A DNA stretch of 64,000 nucleotides. It comes from an uncultured Staphylococcaceae bacterium (GTDB lineage Bacteria; Bacillota_I; Bacilli_A; RFN20; CAG-826). Under the pieces are notes generated by a model that was not told the DNA's origin, did no database searches, and saw nothing but the letters and a program-made list of their open reading frames with translations. How positions within the stretch are numbered: the first letter of the stretch is position 1; each line of letters starts with the position of its first letter. The translations under genes and the position numbers were made by a program. Positions 39,089 through 47,516 of this stretch are shown here, piece after piece. Where the stretch lies: contig CAYPGR010000003.1 in the NCBI GenBank assembly GCA_964410505.1, forward strand, positions 31,809 through 95,808. Direction: 5' to 3'.

Positions 39089-40084
39089 TTATTCTTGATA
39101 TCCCAGTTTTATTAATAACCCACCAATTAATGGACAGATGTTATTTGAGTTAGTTAACAAACTATTAATACCCAATAAGGAACATATTTTATTTGCTCTG
39201 CGTTTATTAGTATCTATGTAGCAGGTGGATACTCTATCTACATGCAGGGTTATTTTCCACTTGTTATCTGTTGTTTGTTCCTCTTTAAACATAATTTGCT
39301 GTACTAGTTCATGGATTTTCAATTTATATAATATTTCTTTTCCATTATTCTCATTTAAGCCAATAAGAAAATCTTTAATGGCGATTTCTTCTTTATTCTC
39401 TATTATTTTCTCATGGGCTAGGCTAGCGGCTTGTAAGAGTGCATCTACTTTAGTATCAGAAATTCCCTCTATCTCATAATTGCCAAACTTTATTGTTGCC
39501 CTATAAAAACCGTTGCCCTTGTTCTCGAGGAGCTTAAAAGAATAGGTTAACTTATTATGTTTTTTTACTTTGCACCATCTTTTAACATATAAAAAAGAGG
39601 CAAACCCTTTGTAATTAATTTGTGTTCTATGAAACAACAAATTATTCACTAAATCGTAAAGCTTAATTTGATTAAAATTAGAATCAATAGCGATGGAGCC
39701 TACAACGCTCTCGAGTAAATCTCCTCTATAAGATCTTTGGATTTGTTCATTAGGGCTTAATCTAATATAGTGTTCGAACCCCAACTTATGTATGATAGAA
39801 GCGAGATTTTCATTCTCGACAATTAGTGATTTAAGAAATGTCAATTCTCCTGGATTAAATACGCTTTTTAGACCTTGACTATCATTTGACATTATTTGAT
39901 CAAATAGAATTTTTGTAACGTGATATTCGATGACTCTATCACCAATAAATTCTAGTACTTCAGAATTAAGCTCTTTTGATTCATTTGAAAATGAACTTCT
40001 CGTAAATGCTTGTCTCAAAAGCGCTTTATTTTTGAATTCGTAATCTAATTCTTTTTCAATTTGAATAATATCTTTTTCATCCAC
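39089..40084 (-). CDS. RNase III-family protein with two C-terminal dsRBD-like modules
   Basis: RNase III signature ALLRQAFTRSS...EVLEFIGDRV. Second catalytic segment GDLLESVVGSIAID. dsRBD-like segments GNGFYRATIKFGNYEIEGISDTKVDALLQAASLA and NKWKITLHVDRVSTCYIDTNKRRANKICSLLG. Confidence 0.55.
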   Translation of the reverse strand: MDEKDIIQIEKELDYEFKNKALLRQAFTRSSFSNESKELNSEVLEFIGDRVIEYHVTKILFDQIMSNDSQGLKSVFNPGELTFLKSLIVENENLASIIHKLGFEHYIRLSPNEQIQRSYRGDLLESVVGSIAIDSNFNQIKLYDLVNNLLFHRTQINYKGFASFLYVKRWCKVKKHNKLTYSFKLLENKGNGFYRATIKFGNYEIEGISDTKVDALLQAASLAHEKIIENKEEIAIKDFLIGLNENNGKEILYKLKIHELVQQIMFKEEQTTDNKWKITLHVDRVSTCYIDTNKRRANKICSLLGINSLLTNSNNICPLIGGLLIKLGYQE

Positions 40085-40184
40085 AATGACAAATCAATCC
40101 CCTAGAGTAAATTTATTATGATAAAACTATTTTTTAAGGCGACCTTTAAGAATCAACACTTTCGTTAATTTTAAGAACCATCAG

Positions 40185-41213
40185 TTAATTAGTAACTTCA
40201 GGTATCTCCGTTAGTCTTTTTCCATTAAATTTAAAATAAAGAGGGCCTTGATATGCTCCACTACTATTCACCTTTCCTAAACGAGTAAATAGTTCTCTTG
40301 TTAATGGCGATAAGTACCAGAGCCTACCTTCAAACATGACTTTTCGTTCATTTTCAACATAGGCAACAAAGGACTCGTTTTCAGCAAAGACAATCTCCGC
40401 CCCTTTTTTAATACCTCTTTTAAAGAAATTAAAACGCGTATTGACTTCTTCTCCATTCGTCTTATCTACCTGCTCATTGCCGCTATTTTTAATGTCTCTA
40501 GCAGCGCCAGATACAGAAACCTCAGTAATATCTTCAATGATTTTGACAAATTTAGATAATTTAATACCTTTTCCTATTTCAACATTCAAAAAATCTTTAC
40601 CTGTGGCTTCGAAGGCGAGATTTTTAATAGAATAATTTTTTAAATCATCTCCATACCGGATGCCAAACATATGCAGCATAGTCATTTGATAGCCATCAGG
40701 AGCCTCATTGTACATTTTTTTTAAAATTTCCAAGTATTCATTATAGGTCAAATGACCATTTCCTTTTGGGAGGTCTTGGAATAGAAAATTTTGTATTATT
40801 TTCTTGTTTTCTGGCCAGGCTTTAATATCCGTGAGTTGTATACTTTCAGAGTCAAAATCGAAAAATAAAAATGGGAGATTGTCTTTAGAAATCTTGAGTA
40901 AATTGTCAATATTCTTTTTTGTTTTTCGTTTGTTTTCATGGAATTTATTTGATTGCACGCTGGACATTTTCAGCAAAGTATTAAAATCGTTTGTATTTTC
41001 AATGCTAAAGTTGGAATCAAGAAAATGATTAATCGTTTCAAAAATAGCAATGTCATATATCCTATTTGATTTACTCTCCCTGATATATTTTTTGATAATT
41101 TGAGCAACTATATCATCATATGTAATTTTGACAGAATATGGATCCATCCTTTCGTCTATCAGGTCAATCAATGCACTAAAGACGTTTCTTTGGAGCGTAT
41201 TTGCGGTTTGCAT
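40185..41213 (-). CDS. hypothetical protein (342 aa), co-operonic partner of the SMC-like ATPase
   Basis: ORF. 1-nt gap to the upstream 119-aa gene. Confidence 0.4.
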   Translation of the reverse strand: MQTANTLQRNVFSALIDLIDERMDPYSVKITYDDIVAQIIKKYIRESKSNRIYDIAIFETINHFLDSNFSIENTNDFNTLLKMSSVQSNKFHENKRKTKKNIDNLLKISKDNLPFLFFDFDSESIQLTDIKAWPENKKIIQNFLFQDLPKGNGHLTYNEYLEILKKMYNEAPDGYQMTMLHMFGIRYGDDLKNYSIKNLAFEATGKDFLNVEIGKGIKLSKFVKIIEDITEVSVSGAARDIKNSGNEQVDKTNGEEVNTRFNFFKRGIKKGAEIVFAENESFVAYVENERKVMFEGRLWYLSPLTRELFTRLGKVNSSGAYQGPLYFKFNGKRLTEIPEVTN

Positions 41214-41214
41214 A

Positions 41215-41574
41215 TTAAATTATATCCACTATGGTCCAATCTTTATTATTATTGATGATATCCAGTATCTTATCTAAACCTATACTTATTACTGCTCTAA
41301 GTGCATAATCTTCATCTTTTACGTCATCATGATACAACCTAATTAACGTCCTAAAAAATTTGTCACCATCAAAATCTTCCATATGCCATTTGTTGTTTTT
41401 AAAACTGCCTTTGTATTCGTCTAGTGGCTTGTACTGGCTTAAATCAACCCTAGACAAGGCGTAACTAGCTGCAAATTTCGCTGTCGTCTTATCGTCATCA
41501 AAATATCCTTTTTCTTTAAGTTTGGCAATGCATTCATCATTGTCAACTGAAATGTTAATATCTGCTAGTGGCAT
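41215..41574 (-). CDS. small hypothetical protein (119 aa), co-operonic partner of the SMC-like ATPase
   Basis: ORF. 1-nt gaps on both sides. Confidence 0.4.
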   Translation of the reverse strand: MPLADINISVDNDECIAKLKEKGYFDDDKTTAKFAASYALSRVDLSQYKPLDEYKGSFKNNKWHMEDFDGDKFFRTLIRLYHDDVKDEDYALRAVISIGLDKILDIINNNKDWTIVDII

Positions 41575-41575
41575 A

Positions 41576-43600
41576 TTATTTCTCCCTTACATTGGTATTG
41601 AAGGAATTTCCTTCTTGATATATCTCTAATTCCTTTATTAGTTTATTACCTAAAATTGCTCTGGTTTTACTAATATCAATTTTGTCGTTATGAATCAGCA
41701 AAATCAACTGTGGTGCGATTTCATTAAATGTTTTTATTATGTTGTTTGTGTATGAATTTTGAAGAACTGAAAAGGCTGCATCAAAAAATATGGTGCCAAA
41801 TAATTGAGAGTTGTGGTTTAAACCAAAAATTAATGATAATGCTAATAAAGTATTGTATCCCGTTCCGGGAATGGGCATAATTGAATCGTCCTTCATTACA
41901 ATTTTCATGCGATAGTTTTCATTTATATGAATTTGTTTAATATCTTGATTTTCGCCCTCGATAAATTTCATGAAAATATCACTTGAAGAAATTTGAACTT
42001 TTTGTCTCATGGTAGAGATAAACTGTTCTTTAGAATTTTTGTAGGTCGTTCGCACATGATCAATTGTCTTAAGTTCATTTTCAAGATCACTAGTATCAAA
42101 ATCAGTTCCCATTTTCTTTATTAGAGCTGTAATTTTTCCATTTAATCTTTCATAATCTTTAATCAGGTTTTCATTTAGCGTTGTCTCCCATTTGCTGATT
42201 AGATTTTCTGACTGAGTTTTTTTCATAAATGCGTCCTTAAAATAGGTGTTTAAATCTGAGCCGCTTGAACTTAATTCATCACGTGTTTTTTTAGCATCGT
42301 TAAGAAGACTATGTCTTTTATTTTCGTACATGATTAAATCTTCTTGGTAACTTCTTAGCGTTTTGTCGTTAAAAAATGTCAGTTCAGAAAGTATTTTAGT
42401 AAATTTGACTATTTTATTGTTGGAATATTCATATGAAGTCATCTCGTCGCTCGATAAGGAACTTTGAGAGATTTTAAACTTGATTTCATCAACCTTGGAT
42501 TTAAAGAAAACTATTTTTTCTAAGGGTAAGTGACTACCACAATACTGACAAGTATCATTATTCAGTAGATCCTCATATGTTTTTAATTCAACTCTAAATT
42601 TATTAATTATTTGGTGTCGGTCGGAGATAAGAGAGAATTTTTCTTCCATCGTTTTAATCTCTTGTATAATTTTCGAATATTGCAGAGATTTTATATTTTC
42701 TTTTAGAAAGTTTTTAATGTCCGTTTTTCTTGATTTAATCAATGCTTCAGTGGAATTAATCTCTTTTTCAATTTTTTCCAAGTATTTGTAGGCAGCGATT
42801 TTTCTACCATTAGCGTCAAGATCTTCATTTAAACGAGTTAACTCCTCTTTTTCCTTTTCAATTTTCCTGTTTAAATCGTCAATCTCTTTCTTTTTTAAAC
42901 TCAATTCTTGTTGCTTATCCTGCAATTCTTTCTTGTCATTTTCATTTTTTGAATTTCTATTTACGATGGAAGAAATTTGATAATAGGTTTGACTATAAAG
43001 ACTGTCTAAACGAGCAATGATTCTATCAATAAATGGGGTTCCGATAATCTTGTTAATAGCTTCTTTAATTCTTCTATTTTCAGTGCCAGTAGCACTATCA
43101 TTGTTGAGAATTTCAATGTATTTTTCAATGTTTTCTCCATCAAAAAGCATAAATTCAGAGATGTCTTTTGGAATTATTTTATCAATGATATCTTGTGTAT
43201 ATTTCTCTGATTGATATTGACCATCTTCTTGCAATGTCATCGTCATCTTAAAATCATTGTCTGATTTAGGTTTTCCCATCACGTTTGAGTCAAAATTATA
43301 CTCTCTTTTCATCTTGTAAGTTTTACCATTATAGATAAACTCCATATATGCATAGAATCTATAATCTTCATTCTCGTAAGCAATTTTGTTTATAGATAAT
43401 GAAATTTTATAATTTGGGTCGTCGGGATTGTCTTTAAGATAGTTAAAAAGCAAAAACCGAATACCATTGATAAATGAAGTCTTTCCAGTATTATTATTAC
43501 CAAAAATTATAGAGGTTCCTTTATTAGATCCTAAATCAAATTCCTTGACTCCATAGTAGGGAATAAAGTTTTTGAATGATATCTTGAGTATCTGTATCAT
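41576..43600 (-). CDS. SMC/Rad50-like ABC ATPase with a long coiled-coil and a central CxxC hook-like motif
   Basis: N-terminal Walker A GNNNTGKTS. Long K/E-rich helical middle region. CQYC near the midpoint. C-terminal Walker B / D-loop IFFDAAFS. Confidence 0.7.
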   Translation of the reverse strand: MIQILKISFKNFIPYYGVKEFDLGSNKGTSIIFGNNNTGKTSFINGIRFLLFNYLKDNPDDPNYKISLSINKIAYENEDYRFYAYMEFIYNGKTYKMKREYNFDSNVMGKPKSDNDFKMTMTLQEDGQYQSEKYTQDIIDKIIPKDISEFMLFDGENIEKYIEILNNDSATGTENRRIKEAINKIIGTPFIDRIIARLDSLYSQTYYQISSIVNRNSKNENDKKELQDKQQELSLKKKEIDDLNRKIEKEKEELTRLNEDLDANGRKIAAYKYLEKIEKEINSTEALIKSRKTDIKNFLKENIKSLQYSKIIQEIKTMEEKFSLISDRHQIINKFRVELKTYEDLLNNDTCQYCGSHLPLEKIVFFKSKVDEIKFKISQSSLSSDEMTSYEYSNNKIVKFTKILSELTFFNDKTLRSYQEDLIMYENKRHSLLNDAKKTRDELSSSGSDLNTYFKDAFMKKTQSENLISKWETTLNENLIKDYERLNGKITALIKKMGTDFDTSDLENELKTIDHVRTTYKNSKEQFISTMRQKVQISSSDIFMKFIEGENQDIKQIHINENYRMKIVMKDDSIMPIPGTGYNTLLALSLIFGLNHNSQLFGTIFFDAAFSVLQNSYTNNIIKTFNEIAPQLILLIHNDKIDISKTRAILGNKLIKELEIYQEGNSFNTNVREK

Positions 43601-43794
43601 ACGTTTGACCTTTTCTTGTTGTAAGAATCAATTAGTTGCTTAATGCTATTGTTTTTTTCTTGATCGGAGGCATTATTAAGTTCAATATCTAGAATATTTG
43701 TCAACAGCAAAAAATAATTTTCATCAGCATTTGACATTTCCTCCAAAGTTTCTTTAATGTTTTTAATCGTTTTTTCATTCATCTTCAAAACCAT
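43597..43794 (-). CDS. small ORF (65 aa), translationally coupled between the helicase and the SMC-like ATPase genes
   Basis: ATGA overlap with the downstream gene start. Overlaps the upstream gene's stop by 20 nt. Confidence 0.3.
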   Translation of the reverse strand: MVLKMNEKTIKNIKETLEEMSNADENYFLLLTNILDIELNNASDQEKNNSIKQLIDSYNKKRSNV

Positions 43795-46132
43795 CCTCTT
43801 CGTTATTTATTTTTTCAATATCTAAATTGTTTTTTATTGCCAATTCCTCAATACTCAACATAGATGTGGCACTATTAAATGAAGCCTTGGCAAAAATTAT
43901 TGCTCTTTTCAACTCGTACTTTAAAAATGTGAATTCATCTCCGGAAGATTCCAGATTTTCAGGCGAAACAATCGCATCAAAAATATGGGCAAACTGTTTG
44001 TTTTTATGCTTTCTTAATACCCTCCCACGTCTTTGAATAAATTGTCTCTCATTTTGACTTGAGGCCAGCACTAAGGCATGGTCTATGCTGGGAATGTCAA
44101 CTCCCTCATCCAAACAATTAATTGACAGTAAAACTCCTCCATTTCTCTCGAAAACTTCAAGAACTTGGTTATGTAACCCACTCTTTGAATGATAAATAAA
44201 CAAGTCGTTATGAAACAATCTACTAAGTTTTGATTCAAGTTGGTTCTTGATTTCTTCTAACTGTTCAATGTCATCACAGTATATTAACCATCTTTGACCT
44301 GGAAGATAATGGTCTTCAATAATCTTAAGGGTCAACAAAATTTTAGCCTTAGCTTTTTTGATAATTTTTGATCTTTGGATTAGCCATTGCTTCATAATTG
44401 AATCAGATAAAATATCGAAAATTGAGTATTTTTGAGATTTGAGCAATGCAAATCTGCGAGCAATTTTGGTTGATAGTTCTTGATATTCAACGCCCTCTAT
44501 AAGATCAAGTTCAACTTTTTGGGGGTAATAAAGATAATTGCATAAAGATTTATCTCTAATAGCATTTTCTAAAGAATAAGGATAGTCGATAACCTTTCCA
44601 AAAAAATCAAAGATCTTTTTTGTTCCAATTGAGTCTCTATACCTTTTAGGAGTAGCGCTCAACCCTATCTTTGAACCCACATTGATGGTTAATAAATTAC
44701 TGTATTTTTCCGATCCAGAATTATGAACTTCATCAATCACCAGCAACAAATGATTTCCTTGGCAAAGTAAGTTAATAAAATTGTTATTGCTAGCTGTTTG
44801 GATTGTACTTAAAATAATTTTTCTTTTGCCTGTAATTGAGGAAGCAATCTTGAGATTTGTAGTGCTGTCATTTCCATTCCCATATTGATACAAGAATACA
44901 TCGTCGCCGAATACTTTTTCAATTTCTTCTTTCCACTGTTCAAATAAAATGCTCCTTGGCACAATTATAATTGGGATTTGATCATGGAGATAAATGGCAT
45001 CTCTAATTGCGCAAAAAGCAGTAAATGTTTTTCCGCTTCCCGTGGCCATTTCAAAAATTCCGACTCGATTGTTTTTAACCCAATTATCAAGAATGGTCTC
45101 TTGGTAATTCCTTATCTTACGGCGGTTTAGCCCCGGCTCTGCCGCCCATCTAATTACTGTAATTTCTCGCTCGTCCAATGTTTGATTTGTGTAGTTGGAC
45201 TTGAGAACTATTTTTTGATTTCCATAAGAAATAGCTTGAATTGTGTGTTTATCATTATCTAATACAAGTATTTTATGGTCATCAACAAGTTCAATGACTA
45301 CATCATTAAGACTAGAACAATGTAAAACCCCAATTTTAGCAACTTCGCCAAGAACCAAATCAGAATATTGTATGTCAATTCTTGGCGATTTTTCATCAAT
45401 ATGTCCTAACTCAATTGTGACCTCATCGATTAATTCACGGACATTTTTGTCGTTACTGAGCGCACGAAATTTATCTTTCGTAACTTTCGGAATTTCAAAA
45501 GTATGAATACCTTTTTCATCTCCTCGCCAAATGTTATTAAATCTTTCTTTGTAAATACTAACTCTTTTAATCTCTGATGCATCACCCCAGGAAGTATTAA
45601 CCTCAAAGACTTCACTATTGCCAAATTCTGAGACACCTTTGTAAGTTTCATTGATTGATCCACCAAAACTAACTGTGTTCCCATTTACATCATGAAATAA
45701 ACCAACTTTATCGTGAAGCAGTTTGAATGCCAAAGGGTTGTCGCCAAAAACCGCCATTTTTATTTCAAGTATTCCCAATGAGATTAGATTAGAAAGTAAA
45801 GTTGTAGTTTTAGGATATTGCTTGCTCATTTCATCAATAACTTCATTGAATTTATTTGATGAGGAATCTAGTGATTTAAAATACCCGGAAATTATGGCGT
45901 CATAATCCTCGTCAGTTATTATAGGGGAGCATACAATACGTATTTTTCCATTATTTTGAACAAAATCTTTTAAGGCATCCTTGATAACAAGGAAAACAGA
46001 ACTGCCAAAATAGCCCGTGATTCTATCATATTTAATTGAAGATTCTAAACAGGGTTTATAAAAATCTCGATAGATTTCATTTCTAGTTTTGTAATATATT
46101 TGGTGAAAATTATGCTTGTCGAGGGTTTGCAT
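43775..46132 (-). CDS. restriction-type enzyme: N-terminal PLD-family (HKD) nuclease fused to an SF2 (type III res-like) helicase
   Basis: PLD motif LLHDKVGLFHD...GGSINET. Helicase motif I MATGSGKTFTA, motif II LLVIDEVHN, motif III LSATPKR and motif VI QRRGRVLR. The start is assigned to MQTLDK, 7 nt after the methyltransferase stop. Confidence 0.7.
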   Translation of the reverse strand: MQTLDKHNFHQIYYKTRNEIYRDFYKPCLESSIKYDRITGYFGSSVFLVIKDALKDFVQNNGKIRIVCSPIITDEDYDAIISGYFKSLDSSSNKFNEVIDEMSKQYPKTTTLLSNLISLGILEIKMAVFGDNPLAFKLLHDKVGLFHDVNGNTVSFGGSINETYKGVSEFGNSEVFEVNTSWGDASEIKRVSIYKERFNNIWRGDEKGIHTFEIPKVTKDKFRALSNDKNVRELIDEVTIELGHIDEKSPRIDIQYSDLVLGEVAKIGVLHCSSLNDVVIELVDDHKILVLDNDKHTIQAISYGNQKIVLKSNYTNQTLDEREITVIRWAAEPGLNRRKIRNYQETILDNWVKNNRVGIFEMATGSGKTFTAFCAIRDAIYLHDQIPIIIVPRSILFEQWKEEIEKVFGDDVFLYQYGNGNDSTTNLKIASSITGKRKIILSTIQTASNNNFINLLCQGNHLLLVIDEVHNSGSEKYSNLLTINVGSKIGLSATPKRYRDSIGTKKIFDFFGKVIDYPYSLENAIRDKSLCNYLYYPQKVELDLIEGVEYQELSTKIARRFALLKSQKYSIFDILSDSIMKQWLIQRSKIIKKAKAKILLTLKIIEDHYLPGQRWLIYCDDIEQLEEIKNQLESKLSRLFHNDLFIYHSKSGLHNQVLEVFERNGGVLLSINCLDEGVDIPSIDHALVLASSQNERQFIQRRGRVLRKHKNKQFAHIFDAIVSPENLESSGDEFTFLKYELKRAIIFAKASFNSATSMLSIEELAIKNNLDIEKINNEEDGFEDE

Positions 46133-46139
46133 TTTCGTC

Positions 46140-47006
46140 CTACACTGGATTCCGATTTGAAATATTATGAATAGACATCTGACAAAACTCTTCAGAAATT
46201 TCAAAACCGATAAATTTCCTGTTATTATTAAGCGCGACCACTCCAGTTGTTCCACTTCCAGTCCATGGATCAAGTACGATATCGCCCTCCTGCGTACATG
46301 CTCGAATATACCTTTCGGGCAAGTAATTCGGTTGGACAGCTTGATGATTGACCACTTTTCCTGATACTGCACCACTAATCACATTTATCGGTAATGCACC
46401 TAGAGGGTTAGGAAAAATTTTCTTTTCTTTTGTGACATATTGCAATTTATTCTGCCTTGGTTTATAAATCACATTCTCATAGGATTTGATAGAAGATTCT
46501 TTGTAAGGTCTTCTAATCTGATCTATATTGATAACCCATTTTGAGGATTTAGAAAACCACAGGTTATACTCATAAGCATCAATCGTCGCAACTCTTACTC
46601 CTGTGGGAACAGGATTTGTTTTTGCCCAGATTTCAATATCAACACAATACAATTTTAGTACCTTTTTCATATGAATCATTAGTTCTTCGATGACTAACGA
46701 TCGCTCCGATGATGTGGTTTTTGTTCCTTGAACTCGATTTGATTTGACATTAATGACAATAAATCCATCATCAGTTAATTTTGGAATTAAAAACTTAATA
46801 AATGGGCTTATTTCTTTTATATAGTTTTCAATCTTCCATGTTCTATAGTTTCTTTTTGCATTTGGATAAGGAGGTGACCCATAAACTAATTTTATGGACT
46901 TATCTTTCAGATGCTTTATGAGTTTTACACCGTCTCCGTGGGTAACAGAAAAATTACGACTATCTAAATCTTCGTATATGTTGATAGTAGTATTTTGGTG
47001 TAACAT
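46140..47006 (-). CDS. beta-class DNA methyltransferase (N4-cytosine / N6-adenine type)
   Basis: Motif IV GSPPYPN near the N-terminus and motif I LDPWTGSGTTGVVA near the C-terminus. Confidence 0.8.
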   Translation of the reverse strand: MLHQNTTINIYEDLDSRNFSVTHGDGVKLIKHLKDKSIKLVYGSPPYPNAKRNYRTWKIENYIKEISPFIKFLIPKLTDDGFIVINVKSNRVQGTKTTSSERSLVIEELMIHMKKVLKLYCVDIEIWAKTNPVPTGVRVATIDAYEYNLWFSKSSKWVINIDQIRRPYKESSIKSYENVIYKPRQNKLQYVTKEKKIFPNPLGALPINVISGAVSGKVVNHQAVQPNYLPERYIRACTQEGDIVLDPWTGSGTTGVVALNNNRKFIGFEISEEFCQMSIHNISNRNPV

Positions 47007-47364
47007 TTAATTAATACTCCCCACTTTATATAAAAATCTTTTTATGTAATTCAAATTATACCATCATACACGGTATTAAAGAACTGTATACTTATCAAAT
47101 TGATGATTTTGAGTGGTGAATTAAATAGAAAACACAAAATAAACAACAAAAATAAACGCACATTGCACAATGGGACAGTTAATATTCTTACTAATTAACC
47201 CTCTTTTTCGCACTGTTTATTAAGAAATTGAAAAAAATACTCTTTCTATTTAATCTTTGATATCTAACGAATCATAAGAAATATATTATACTTGAATATC
47301 CTAAGAAAAAACCCTTATATCTCAACCTTATTAGGTCCAATATCTTGGGGTATCTTCATTAGTT

Positions 47365-47451
47365 TGGTGCCTCCGGTCGGACTCGAACCGACACAGTATC
47401 GCTACTATTGGATTTTGAGTCCAACGCGTCTACCAATTTCACCACGGAGGC
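47365..47451 (-). tRNA. tRNA-Leu (anticodon CAA), long variable arm, CCA encoded
   Basis: Reverse complement is GCCTCCGTGGTGAAATTGGTAGACGCGTTGGACTCAAAATCCAATAGTAGCGATACTGTGTCGGTTCGAGTCCGACCGGAGGCACCA. Confidence 0.85.
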
Positions 47452-47516
47452 GTGGTTTAATTATAAACCAAAAAGAAAGATATATTAAGAAAAATCACAT
47501 TGAGATTATAAAATAT

